Notes under the pieces: generated by a model
What the model was told of the DNA's origin: nothing
Database searches by the model: none
The model's input: the letters and a program-made list of their open reading frames with translations, nothing else
Made by a program: the position numbers and the translations under genes
Shown: piece by piece, positions 1 to 10,011 of the stretch
Numbering within the stretch: the first letter of the stretch is position 1
How the letters are laid out: every line of letters begins with the position of its first letter
Assembly (NCBI GenBank): GCA_016706255.1
Contig: JADJJZ010000003.1
Location: 417,914 to 481,913, forward strand
Source of the DNA: Bacteroidota bacterium
Lineage (GTDB): Bacteria > Bacteroidota > Bacteroidia > Chitinophagales > BACL12
Length of the DNA stretch: 64,000 bases
Reading direction: 5' to 3'

Positions 1-1751
1 CGAAACGTTGTTTTCGCGGCGGCGCAATGGATTTTGATGATTTATTATTAAAAACACATGAACTGCTCGAACGTTTTCCTGATGTATTATATAAATATCA
101 ACATCGTTTTAAATATGTAATGATTGATGAGTTTCAGGATACTAACTTTTTACAATATTCTATCGTAAAACGCATTGCTGATGTATTTCAGAATATTGCT
201 GTTGTTGGTGATGATGCGCAAAGTATTTACGCTTTCCGCGGTGCAAGTATTGCTAACATTTTAAATTTCGAAAAAGATTTTCCCGAGGTAAAAACATTCC
301 GCCTCGAACAAAATTACCGCTCTACAAAAATTATTGTGGAAGCCGCAAATCATATCATCGGAAAAAATCAAAATCAGCTAGCCAAAAAAATATGGACCGA
401 TAATGTGGAAGGCGATACCATAAAGGTAATTCGCGCCATGAGCGATAATGAGGAAGGTCGTATGGTAGCAGACAGTATTTTTGAACAGCGTATGCGCGAC
501 CATATTAAGAACGGTGAATTTGCAATATTATATCGCACCAACGCTCAAAGCCGCGCATTTGAGGAAGGTTTGAGAAAACTCAATATTCCTTATCGCATAT
601 ATGGAGGTATTTCTTTCTACCAGCGAAAAGAGGTGAAAGATTTAATCGCTTATTTAAAATTAACAGTAAACCCACACGATGAGGAATCATTTAAACGTGT
701 AATTAATTATCCAGCACGCGGAATTGAAAAAACCAGCATCGAAAAATTAATGGTTTACGCGGCAGACAATGATAAAAGTTTGTGGACCATGTCGGAAAAT
801 ATTGACTTGTTGCAATTTAATTCCGGGACAAGAAAATTATTCGCCGACTTTGTTACCATGATCAAAAGTTTCCAGACCATGCTGGATAAAAAAGATGCAT
901 ATGAAGTTGCGAGTCATGTTGCTAAATCTACAGGATTATTAAAAGAATTATACAACGACCAAAGTGTTGAAGGTTTAAGCCGTTATGAAAATATTCAGGA
1001 ACTACTCAACTCTATAAAAGAGTTTGTAACACCTGATGAAGTTGATTCACCTGAATTTGTGCCAACGTTTACCGATGAACTGAAGGAAGAAAAAACGCTG
1101 AGCAATTATTTGCAACAGGTTGTTTTACTTACCGATGCAGATGCTGAAGGTAATGAAGATGAAACAGTAAAACTCATGACCATTCACGCTGCGAAAGGTT
1201 TGGAATTTAAAAGTGTATTTGTTGTAGGTCTGGAAGAAAATTTATTTCCGGGCACCTTATCCGTTTCCTCACGTGAAGATTTGGAAGAAGAACGCCGATT
1301 GTTTTATGTTGCGGTTACCAGAGCTGAACAAAAACTCACCATCACGCATGCTGCAACGCGATATAAATATGGTAATCTGGAATATTGCGAACCAAGCCGC
1401 TTTTTAGAAGAACTGCCACAAAATTTATTGCAATATGTAGGTTATAATTCAAAAAGTTGGACTGAAGAAAAAAGTAACAAACAATATGAAAACGGTACTC
1501 CGGTTACAAAAGTAAAACCTACAGTTCCGGTTAACACATATATCCATAAACCATCTGATAGTTTTGTCGCAGCATTTCCGGAAGAGTTACAATCAGGAAT
1601 GGACGTTGAACATCAAAAATTCGGGTATGGCAAAATTCTGGCAATGGAAGGTGCTAACGATGGTAAAATGGCAACCATATTTTTCCAGAACGCAGGTCAA
1701 AAAAAGTTATTGTTAAAATTTGCGAAACTGAGTATAGTAAAATCTGCATAA
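1..1751 (+). CDS. UvrD/PcrA-family SF1 DNA helicase, C-terminal part (5' end lies outside window)
   Basis: Reading frame is open to position 1. Motifs IDEFQDTN, VGDDAQSIYAFRGA, NYRST, TIHAAKGLEF and YVAVTRA match the family, as does the C-terminal FGYGKI tail typical of UvrD/PcrA. Confidence 0.9.
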   Translation, partial: KRCFRGGAMDFDDLLLKTHELLERFPDVLYKYQHRFKYVMIDEFQDTNFLQYSIVKRIADVFQNIAVVGDDAQSIYAFRGASIANILNFEKDFPEVKTFRLEQNYRSTKIIVEAANHIIGKNQNQLAKKIWTDNVEGDTIKVIRAMSDNEEGRMVADSIFEQRMRDHIKNGEFAILYRTNAQSRAFEEGLRKLNIPYRIYGGISFYQRKEVKDLIAYLKLTVNPHDEESFKRVINYPARGIEKTSIEKLMVYAADNDKSLWTMSENIDLLQFNSGTRKLFADFVTMIKSFQTMLDKKDAYEVASHVAKSTGLLKELYNDQSVEGLSRYENIQELLNSIKEFVTPDEVDSPEFVPTFTDELKEEKTLSNYLQQVVLLTDADAEGNEDETVKLMTIHAAKGLEFKSVFVVGLEENLFPGTLSVSSREDLEEERRLFYVAVTRAEQKLTITHAATRYKYGNLEYCEPSRFLEELPQNLLQYVGYNSKSWTEEKSNKQYENGTPVTKVKPTVPVNTYIHKPSDSFVAAFPEELQSGMDVEHQKFGYGKILAMEGANDGKMATIFFQNAGQKKLLLKFAKLSIVKSA

Positions 1752-1785
1752 CAGCAGCAATTCATCACAGGAATAATTTAATTTA

Positions 1786-2508
1786 TTGAAACCGGCTCAA
1801 ACTATTATCAACCTCTGGTCAGGTCCGCGGAATATTTCTACGGCAATGATGTATGCATTTTCGCAACGTAAAGATGTGCGCGTTTTTGATGAACCACTAT
1901 ATGCGCATTACTTGCGTGTAACCGGATTAAATCATCCCGGCAGAGAAGAAGTACTCGCTGCACAAAACAATGATGGTGATGCTGTTATGGATAATTTTTT
2001 ATTCGACAATTTTACACGCCCGGTACTGTTTTTAAAACAAATGACACATCATTTGGTAGATATTGATTTGCGTTTTCTTGAGCAATCAAAAAATATTATT
2101 TTAATTCGCGATCCCAAAAAAGTGTTGCATTCGTATGGTAAAGTTATTGAACAACCAACATTGGAAGATATCGGCATAAAACAAAGTTTCGAATTGTTTG
2201 AATACCTGCAAAAAGCACAATTGCATTGTTTAGTGGTTGATGCAGATACCATATTAAAAGACCCCGAGGCAGCTTTAAAAACCATTTGTGTTTCATGTGA
2301 TATTCCTTTTTTACCGGCTATGTTAAGTTGGGCACCGGGGCCAAAAAAGGCAGATGGTGTTTGGGCGAAATACTGGTATGAAAATGTGCATGCCTCATCC
2401 GGTTTTCAGGAATATCAGGAAGAGGAAATACACTTATTGTCGAATTTACAAAAAGTATATGAAACGGCAGTTCCGTTTTACGAAAAATTAAAAAAACACG
2501 CCATCTGA
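1786..2508 (+). CDS. Sulfotransferase-fold (P-loop-like) protein of unknown substrate
   Basis: TTG start. N-terminal SGPRNISTAMM resembles a 5'-PSB loop and ILIRDPKKVLHSY resembles a 3'-PB motif. The stop lies 1 nt before the next gene's ATG. Confidence 0.5.
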   Translation: MKPAQTIINLWSGPRNISTAMMYAFSQRKDVRVFDEPLYAHYLRVTGLNHPGREEVLAAQNNDGDAVMDNFLFDNFTRPVLFLKQMTHHLVDIDLRFLEQSKNIILIRDPKKVLHSYGKVIEQPTLEDIGIKQSFELFEYLQKAQLHCLVVDADTILKDPEAALKTICVSCDIPFLPAMLSWAPGPKKADGVWAKYWYENVHASSGFQEYQEEEIHLLSNLQKVYETAVPFYEKLKKHAI

Positions 2509-2509
2509 T

Positions 2510-3391
2510 ATGCAGCAGCAATTTAATCCGAAAAACGAAAACATTTTTATCTGGGTAAAAGATAAATTATATCCGCGCAGCGAAGCAAAAATTTCTGTTT
2601 TTGATTCTGCGGTTCAGGGTGGTGATGCTGTTTGGGAAGGATTACGTGTATATAATGGAAATGTGTTTTGTTTATATGAACATCTTGAACGCCTGCAGGC
2701 AAGTGCACATGCTATGATGTTTCAGCAAATACCGGATAATGATTTTATTATACATGCTATTGAATCAACGTTAAAGGCAAACGATATGTTCGATGGTGCA
2801 CATATTCGTTTAACATTAACACGTGGTGAAAAAATTACCTCAGGAATGGACCCGCGCTTAAATCAGTCTGGTTGTACATTAATTGTGCTGGCAGAATGGA
2901 AAGAACCGGTTTATACAAATGCAGTTACACTAATTACATCTTCTGTTCGTCGCAACAGTCCTGCCAATTTAGATTCAAAAATCCATCACAATAATTTAAT
3001 CAATAATATTCTTGCAAAAATAGAAGCCAATGTCGCTGGTGCTGATGATGCTTTGATGCTTGACAATAATGGTTTTATATCGGAGACAAATGCCTGTAAT
3101 ATTTTTATGATTAAAAACGGAATGGTATTTACACCAAATGCCGATGCTTGTCTGCCCGGAATTACCAGAAAAACAGTAATTACCATCTGCAACCAAAATA
3201 ATATCCCAATCCATTTAAAAAATATTTCGCTCACCGAAATGTATAATGCCGATCAGGTTTTTACAACAGGAACAATGGGTGAATTAACTGCCGTGAAAAT
3301 GATTGACGGACGAACAATTGTGAATAGGAGTGGAGTTGATTTGATGCAAACCATTAACAATTTATTCAGCAAACTTACTCATGGAGTGTAA
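2510..3391 (+). CDS. Class IV (fold type IV) PLP aminotransferase; BCAT / D-amino-acid aminotransferase / ADC-lyase family
   Basis: 293 aa with family-typical segments (SVFDSAVQGGDAVWEGLRVYNG, IRLTLTRG, ETNACNIFMIKNG, PGITR, FTTGTMGE). Confidence 0.8.
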   Translation: MQQQFNPKNENIFIWVKDKLYPRSEAKISVFDSAVQGGDAVWEGLRVYNGNVFCLYEHLERLQASAHAMMFQQIPDNDFIIHAIESTLKANDMFDGAHIRLTLTRGEKITSGMDPRLNQSGCTLIVLAEWKEPVYTNAVTLITSSVRRNSPANLDSKIHHNNLINNILAKIEANVAGADDALMLDNNGFISETNACNIFMIKNGMVFTPNADACLPGITRKTVITICNQNNIPIHLKNISLTEMYNADQVFTTGTMGELTAVKMIDGRTIVNRSGVDLMQTINNLFSKLTHGV

Positions 3392-3509
3392 ATTGTTTTT
3401 GCTCTATTTTGACTGTAACCATTTGATAACTACTTAATTCTGTTTTATTTATATGTATTGGTGATTGCGAATGATATCAAATTTTGGTATATTTGATAAA
3501 ACCTTCCAT

Positions 3510-4718
3510 ATGAAATTAACAACTACCCCAAAACGCTTGACGGCCTATTCTACGATGGCTGCAGCAGTTTTAGCCATTCCAAAAGATGCCGATGCCCAAG
3601 TTATTTACACCGATATTAATCCTGATAAGGTGGTATTTACAACGGGACCTTTGGACTCTTTACATCTTGATGTAGATGGCGACTCAGTAACCGATTTTAT
3701 TTTTAATGCATTTTATTTTTACTCTTCCTACACAGCTTCAGGAAATAATTACGACCATCTTGGTGTCCAGGGAGTTAATGGTGCAAGAATTGCCTATACC
3801 TTGCAATCGACAAATATTTATACCTTTTCGAATGCATTATTTACTAATCTAAGTGCAAAATTTGCACAAATATTACCTGCAAATACACCCATCAATAACA
3901 CATTAAATTTTGCTAATAATGCTGAATTTTTTTACCAACAATGTTTCAATGCAATATATTCGAGTGCGCCTGATTATTGCTGGACTCAAGGTATGGGTAT
4001 CGGCGTTGTAAAATATATTGGCTTCCGGTTAAAAAACGGCCCACTAAAATATTATGGCTGGATGCGGGTTTCAATCAGTAATACCACACCGTTTGTTCCA
4101 GTGCCAACTTCCATTAATATTTTAGATTATGCCATCAATTGGACACCAAATACGCCAATTCTTGCAGGTCAGGGTCTCATTTGTATTGTTACTGATCCAT
4201 TAGGCACTGGAACTACCGCTGCACATTGGGCAAAAGTATATTGGGAGCCACAACCGGGATTATCCTATTACGAAGTAGCTTACCGGGAACCGGGTGGTGT
4301 TTGGGAATCTAAATTAGTAGCACCGGATAAAACGAGCACTAAAATAAACGGATTAAACTGCAGTACTGATTATGAATGGCAAATTCGTTGTGCCTGCGCC
4401 GACGGGTCGTTGTCTGAATATTCTGAATCACAGTTTTTTACAACAGCTTCGTGCAGACTTGAAAATGAAGCAGACGACGATTCAGATGAAGCAGTTTCTA
4501 TTTATTCGAATGCAAATCGGGTATTTGTTTATTTTGATGAACCCTTAACAGAACCTGCTCAATTATTTATATATAACATGTTGGGGCAAATAATGTTAGC
4601 CACACCGGTTGAAAATCAGCAAAATATTTTCGAATTAAATTTACCTACGGGAATGTATACTGCAAATCTCGTTACCCCAACCGGTAACATTGGAAAAGTA
4701 ATTGCAATTAATCAATAA
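3510..4718 (+). CDS. Secreted protein with an FN3-like domain and a T9SS C-terminal sorting domain
   Basis: Signal peptide MKLTT...AIPKDADAQ starts at the internal ATG 3510 (the maximal ORF starts at 3465). There is an FN3-like YEVAYREPGG...YEWQIRC segment and an ~80 aa C-terminal beta-rich tail (LFIYNMLGQ...GMYTANL...KVIAINQ). Confidence 0.7.
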   Translation: MKLTTTPKRLTAYSTMAAAVLAIPKDADAQVIYTDINPDKVVFTTGPLDSLHLDVDGDSVTDFIFNAFYFYSSYTASGNNYDHLGVQGVNGARIAYTLQSTNIYTFSNALFTNLSAKFAQILPANTPINNTLNFANNAEFFYQQCFNAIYSSAPDYCWTQGMGIGVVKYIGFRLKNGPLKYYGWMRVSISNTTPFVPVPTSINILDYAINWTPNTPILAGQGLICIVTDPLGTGTTAAHWAKVYWEPQPGLSYYEVAYREPGGVWESKLVAPDKTSTKINGLNCSTDYEWQIRCACADGSLSEYSESQFFTTASCRLENEADDDSDEAVSIYSNANRVFVYFDEPLTEPAQLFIYNMLGQIMLATPVENQQNIFELNLPTGMYTANLVTPTGNIGKVIAINQ

Positions 4719-4729
4719 TAAATTGAATG

Positions 4730-4775
4730 AATCAAATAAATATGATTGGCAAAATCGTATTTATTTGATTTTTTG
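4730..4775 (+). terminator. Rho-independent terminator candidate (AT-rich 13-bp stem plus T-run)
   Basis: aatcaaataaata (4730-4742) pairs perfectly with tatttatttgatt (4758-4770) and is followed by tttt. It lies between the convergent ends of the T9SS gene and truA. Confidence 0.5.
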
Positions 4776-4794
4776 TATTGTTGAGTAGTAATAA

Positions 4795-5532
4795 TTAATC
4801 GATATAATCATAATCCACCCGGATTAAAAATAATCCATGCGCAGGCGCGCTTAATGCAAATTTAAAACGCTCTTTATTGCTAATGCCTGAATCAAATTCG
4901 GCAATTGTCATTTTATGTTTGCCGATTTGAATCATTGCGCCAACAATTAACCGTACCATACCACGTAAAAATCGGTCGGCTGAGATGTAAAATACTTTAT
5001 TATCCCCTTCATCCCGCCAATAACAATCTACAATATTTACGATAGTTGTTTTTGAACCCTGATTGCTTTTACAAAAAGATGGAAAGTCGTTATATTTTTT
5101 TAAAATGTCACACGCTTGTTGCATCAAATCAAAATCCAGGTCCCGAAAATGACGAAATACCATCAGGTCGGTTGCAAATGGATTTTTTTGAAAAGTGATG
5201 TGATATTCATACGCTCGTAATTTTGCGTCAAAACGGCTATGTGCTTTTTCGTGGACAGGAATACAACGTTTTATAGCAATCCGTGCAGGTAAAAACTGAT
5301 TTAATCGTAAAGTGAATTTTTCCGGAATTTCTGAATTGGTATCAAAATGTAAATAAAATTGTGATGCATGAACCCCGGCATCGGTTCGACCGCAGCCAAC
5401 GCAGTGGATGTCATCTCGCAAAATAGTGGATAACGCTTCATCAACCTTTTGTTGCACACTGATGCCATTAGGCTGCCATTGCCAGCCCACAAAATCGGTT
5501 CCCCGATAGGCAATTTCTAAAAAATACCGCAC
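4795..5532 (-). CDS. truA: tRNA pseudouridine(38-40) synthase TruA
   Basis: MRYFLEIAYRGTDFVGWQ...GCGRTDAGVHA contains the catalytic Asp motif. Length is 245 aa, with a GTG start. Confidence 0.9.
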   Translation of the reverse strand: MRYFLEIAYRGTDFVGWQWQPNGISVQQKVDEALSTILRDDIHCVGCGRTDAGVHASQFYLHFDTNSEIPEKFTLRLNQFLPARIAIKRCIPVHEKAHSRFDAKLRAYEYHITFQKNPFATDLMVFRHFRDLDFDLMQQACDILKKYNDFPSFCKSNQGSKTTIVNIVDCYWRDEGDNKVFYISADRFLRGMVRLIVGAMIQIGKHKMTIAEFDSGISNKERFKFALSAPAHGLFLIRVDYDYID

Positions 5533-5612
5533 AGTGCAATATTAGGTAAATCTGCGATAATTGCCTGTGTAAATTTGTTTGCGGGTGCGTATCTTTGTCC
5601 AAACTTTAATTT

Positions 5613-6008
5613 ATGTGGCAACGTATTCAAACCGTATTTCTTTGCATCGCCGCACTGGCAGCAGTTGGATTTTTATTTGCTCCAATCGCAATAGAAAATG
5701 ATGTTGCTGTTTACGGAAAAACTAATGTAATCGCTTCAGCGATCGCCATTGGTATTGCTTTATTGAGCCTGTTTATTATTACCCAGTTTCAGGACAGGAA
5801 ATTGCAAATGCGTTTCACGATGATAAATATCATTATTGCATTTGTTCTGGCAATTGTAGCGGCAATTGGGGCTATGGGTAATTCGGCTACTCCGCGTTAT
5901 GAATTTGCAATTGGAATTCCGGTATTAATCATTATTGCCTTATTACTTGCCTATCGCAATATCAAAAAAGATGAAGACCTGGTTAAATCAATGGATCGTT
6001 TCAGGTAA
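5613..6008 (+). CDS. Small 4-TM membrane protein (DUF4293-like)
   Basis: The N-terminus MWQRIQTVFL and four hydrophobic segments resemble the Bacteroidota DUF4293 family as I remember it. TAtcTTTG lies at 5590-5597, upstream. Confidence 0.5.
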   Translation: MWQRIQTVFLCIAALAAVGFLFAPIAIENDVAVYGKTNVIASAIAIGIALLSLFIITQFQDRKLQMRFTMINIIIAFVLAIVAAIGAMGNSATPRYEFAIGIPVLIIIALLLAYRNIKKDEDLVKSMDRFR

Positions 6009-6125
6009 TTAATTGATATTCAGCATCTATCGATGAATCCGGTGCTAATAATTGTTTTTTTGACAATACGCACTTAATATTCAGCTAATCTTTCGCAGAT
6101 AATTTTGTGCCTTAATCGGCATAAA

Positions 6126-7351
6126 ATGAAATACCTGAGCATACTAATTTATGCTGTGATTGCACACTTAACTTGTACCGCACAAATTGCTGCCGGAGAT
6201 ATTGCGTTTGTTGGATTTAATGCGGATAACCCGGATCAGTTTACCATTATTACTACTAATTATTTAGAAGACGGCACCCAAATTTATTTTACGGATGCAG
6301 GTTGGACGGGCACTGCTTTATATGCAAGTGAAGGTAGTATTTTATGGACCGTGCCGACAGGCGGTTTACCAACCAATACCATGGTTACATTTACAGGTGC
6401 TGGAGCTGGAGGATTTACAACTTTTCCGACCGGAACCCTCGAGACCGGTGTGAGCGTTTCTTCAGGAACCATAGTAGCGAGTGGAATTGCAGCCAGTATG
6501 GCACTTACAACAAGTGGTGATCAAATATTGGCATTTACAGGTTCAATTGCCAGTCCGGTTTTTATTGCATGTGCTAATTTTAATGGCAGTTGGTCGTGGA
6601 CAGGAACAAATAATTCTGAACAAACATTAACTCCACCCGGTTAACAAGTGGAACAGATTGTGTAGTATTAAGCGATAGAGATAATGGCAAAATAGACTGT
6701 TTATTATTACCCGACCCGGCAACAGTGAGTGATTATAATAATGCTTCTAATTGGGTATATAATGATGCAACCAGATATACACTTCCACCTACATTAGGCA
6801 CTTGTGAATTTTTATTGCCATTAGATTTAATTGCATTTGATGGTACTATTTCAGAAAACGGAAATCAACTTAATTGGACAACTGCTAATGAAATCGATAT
6901 AAAAGAATTCATTATTGAAAGAAGTGCCAACGGTGAATCGTTTATTGCTGTTGGTGCTGTTGATGCAATTGGAGATGCACTTTCAGCTAATAGTTATGAA
7001 TTTATTGACGATATGCCTGCTGGAGGGGAAATGTATTATCGTTTAAAAATTACCAATCTGGATAATACTTATACCTACAGCAAAATTATTTTGATAGAAG
7101 ATGAATTAACAAATACAATAAAACTTTTCCCTAACCCGGTAACAGATTATGCAACACTCATATTTTCTAATAACTGCAACAATTGTAATATTCAAATATA
7201 TTCAGCAAACGGAAAGGTGATTGAAAATTTAGCAGTTTCTGTAAACGGCCAACAACATCTTGAAATAAACACCCAAAATTTACAACCGGGTTTTTATGTA
7301 ATAAGTATAGTTGGAGATGCGGTCAATCTAGCTATTCCGTTTATAAAATAG
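6126..7351 (+). pseudogene. T9SS-sorted secreted protein interrupted by a 1-nt frameshift near 6633-6643
   Basis: ORF 6105-6644 carries the signal peptide MKYLSILIYAVIAHLTCTAQ. ORF 6725-7351 carries the T9SS CTD (LFPNPVTDYATL...GFYVISI...IPFIK). The second frame is open back to 6620 and reads ...LTSGTDCVVLSDRD, continuing ...TLTPPG of the first frame. Confidence 0.6.
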
Positions 7352-7372
7352 TTATCCATTGCTTTGAATTAA

Positions 7373-7419
7373 AAATCCGCGGTATTAATTAAAATTTCCG
7401 CGGATTTATTTTTTATTTT
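7373..7419. terminator. Bidirectional rho-independent terminator candidate
   Basis: aaatccgcgg (7373-7382) pairs with ccgcggattt (7398-7407). A-run and T-run flank it on either side, and it lies between convergent gene ends (7351 and 7428). Confidence 0.6.
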
Positions 7420-7427
7420 AAATGTGC

Positions 7428-8942
7428 TTATTTCGATTCCGGTCGCATGTGCGGGAAAAATAACACATCCTGAATAGCGTGCTGATTGGTCATAATCATT
7501 GTTAAACGGTCAATGCCAATGCCGATGCCTGCTGTAGGTGGCATACCATATTCAAGCGCGCGTAAAAAGTCTTCATCCAATTGCATCGCTTCTTCATCGC
7601 CACGTTTGCCCAGTTCAAGTTGTGATTCAAAACGGTTGCGTTGGTCAATCGGGTCGTTTAATTCGCTGAATGAATTCAACATTTCTTTTCCATTACAAAT
7701 AGCTTCAAATCGTTCAACCAATCCTTCTTTGCTGCGATGTTTTTTCGCAAGCGGGCTCATCTCAACCGGATAATCAGTTATAAATGTAGGCTGAATTAAA
7801 AACGGTTCACATTTTTCTCCAAAAATTTCATCAATTAATTTGCCCTTCCCCATAGTTGCATCTACATGCACTTTTAAATTTTTTGCAGTAGCAAATAATT
7901 CCGTTTCATTCATATTTGAAATATCGATTCCGGTAAAATGTTCAATTGCTTCAAACATGGTAAAACGTTTCCATGGTCTTTTAAAGGAAATTAAATTATC
8001 ACCTACCTGCACTTCTGTGCTGCCATTAACTTCAATTGCAACCTTTTCAATCATCTCTTCAACAAAATCCATCATCCAGATATAATCTTTATAAGCAGCA
8101 TAAAATTCTACCTGTGTAAATTCCGGATTGTGAAACCTGTCCATACCTTCGTTACGGAAATCTTTTGAAAATTCATACACCCCATCATATCCGCCAACAA
8201 TTAAACGCTTTAAATACAACTCGTTTGCAATACGCATATATAATGTCATATCAAGTGCATTGTGATGCGTTTTAAACGGACGCGCAGCTGCACCACCATA
8301 CATAGGTTGTAAAATAGGTGTTTCTACTTCTATATAGCCAAAGCTGTTTAAAAATGTACGGATCGTATTTACCAGTTTTGTTCTTTTAATAAACACTTCA
8401 CGAACTTCAGGATTTACAATTAAGTCGACATAACGCATTCTGTAACGTTGCTCACTATCGGTAAATGCATCGTGCACATTTCCATCGGCATCTGTTTTTA
8501 CAATTGGAAGCGGACGTAAACTTTTACTCAAGAGTTTAAATTCACTAACATGAATGGTAGTTTCGCCTGTTTTGGTTGTAAACACATATCCTTTTACACC
8601 AATGATATCTCCGATGTCTAAATGTTTTTTAAATACTTCCTCGTATAAGGTTTTATCTTCTCCCGGGCAAATTTCATCACCCTTAACATAAATCTGAATT
8701 TTTGAAGAGCTGTCCTGTATAACAGCAAATGCTGCTTTACCCATAATACGTTTACCCATAACGCGACCGGCAAGGCTGACAGCTTTAAAGGCATCCGGAT
8801 TTTCCGGAAATTGTTTAAGGATATCTGCTGCCGGATGACTAATTTCAAATAATTCGGCAGGGTAGGGTTCAATTCCTAAATTGCGCAATGCCAAAAGGCT
8901 TTCGCGGCGTATTTGTTCTTGTTCTGTTAGGTGTTGTGACAT
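7428..8942 (-). CDS. lysS: Lysine--tRNA ligase (class II)
   Basis: 504 aa with an N-terminal OB-fold region and class II motifs ([15 protein letters not shown]). Confidence 0.95.
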   Translation of the reverse strand: MSQHLTEQEQIRRESLLALRNLGIEPYPAELFEISHPAADILKQFPENPDAFKAVSLAGRVMGKRIMGKAAFAVIQDSSSKIQIYVKGDEICPGEDKTLYEEVFKKHLDIGDIIGVKGYVFTTKTGETTIHVSEFKLLSKSLRPLPIVKTDADGNVHDAFTDSEQRYRMRYVDLIVNPEVREVFIKRTKLVNTIRTFLNSFGYIEVETPILQPMYGGAAARPFKTHHNALDMTLYMRIANELYLKRLIVGGYDGVYEFSKDFRNEGMDRFHNPEFTQVEFYAAYKDYIWMMDFVEEMIEKVAIEVNGSTEVQVGDNLISFKRPWKRFTMFEAIEHFTGIDISNMNETELFATAKNLKVHVDATMGKGKLIDEIFGEKCEPFLIQPTFITDYPVEMSPLAKKHRSKEGLVERFEAICNGKEMLNSFSELNDPIDQRNRFESQLELGKRGDEEAMQLDEDFLRALEYGMPPTAGIGIGIDRLTMIMTNQHAIQDVLFFPHMRPESK

Positions 8943-8965
8943 TGTATTAACCTGATAATTTTGCG

Positions 8966-8973
8966 CAAAGATA
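8966..8973 (-). promoter_or_regulatory. Bacteroidota-type -7 box (TAtcTTTG) upstream of lysS
   Basis: The reverse complement of caaagata matches the TAnnTTTG consensus, 24 nt upstream of the lysS ATG. Confidence 0.3.
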
Positions 8974-9063
8974 CACAGTTAGGAATTGTGATTCGAAATT
9001 TGATGCGCAAATGCTGTTGTAGGTTAGTTTAAACACATCAGTAAAAGAGCACTAATTGAATTT

Positions 9064-9930
9064 TTACCGGTACTTAAAATACAGAATTCGGGCTTTCCCC
9101 TCCTGACCTTCATTTGTAATATACATGTCGCCGTTTGGGGTAAAAGTAATGCCTTCGGGTTTGTTGAATAGTACCGGGTCAAGCAATTTTATTTCTTTAA
9201 TAGTACTTGTTTCATCTACAACAAAAATTGCATGGTCTGCGGCATTTAAAATATATAAATTTCCGGTTTTAGGATGCAGGGCGATTGCTGAAATATTGAA
9301 TTTAAAGGTGTTTTTATTTTTGCCTTTTTTATTAGCGCCAATTTCACCCATGTCAAGATTCTTTTTTCGGGCATAGGCCATTGCGTCATCAACAGTTAAT
9401 GCGTATGTTGGATTTTTATGTAATTCTTTTTTCTCCCAGTCAAAACGATATATCTGTCTTGCGTTTTTTTCAGCATCGGCATCAATTATTTTATTTTTAC
9501 AACCAATCAGCAAACTTTTCGTATTCCGGTCAAAACATAAACCTTCATTATTGTCGGCAGGAACTCCGGTTGTATAACTTTTTGTTTTTATTTTCTTGCT
9601 GCTGTAATCACTTATTTCAAATAATTTACCATCACTTCGTAAAATATAAATATAATTATAGGCAATGGCAATACCCTCGTAATCACCGTCTGCATGAAAG
9701 GGATAACGTTCTTTAATGAAATTGTTTTTAATATCATAAATAAATAAAATGCCATTTTCGTCCTGCACACAGGCAACAGTGCTGTCGTTAATAAAAGCAA
9801 TACCGGAAATTTCCCTTAATGAGTCCGGTAATTCCAGCACTTTATCAGGTTGTGATAAATTATAATGCTTCAATTCCCGGCCCTGCACAAAAGTGAGCGC
9901 GATAAATGAACATACGAGGAGGTAATTCAT
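9064..9930 (-). CDS. SdiA-regulated (YjiK-like) beta-propeller domain protein, secreted
   Basis: Signal peptide present. Repeated blade motifs EISGIAF, DYEGIAI, NNEGLCFD and PEGITF are typical of the SdiA-regulated family. Confidence 0.55.
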   Translation of the reverse strand: MNYLLVCSFIALTFVQGRELKHYNLSQPDKVLELPDSLREISGIAFINDSTVACVQDENGILFIYDIKNNFIKERYPFHADGDYEGIAIAYNYIYILRSDGKLFEISDYSSKKIKTKSYTTGVPADNNEGLCFDRNTKSLLIGCKNKIIDADAEKNARQIYRFDWEKKELHKNPTYALTVDDAMAYARKKNLDMGEIGANKKGKNKNTFKFNISAIALHPKTGNLYILNAADHAIFVVDETSTIKEIKLLDPVLFNKPEGITFTPNGDMYITNEGQEGKARILYFKYR

Positions 9931-10011
9931 TTGGTGAAAATAACAAATTTCGTGCGAAACCTAAAACCGATGCATATTATTAAACGAAACTTGGTGGAAA
10001 TTTAGTGCAAC

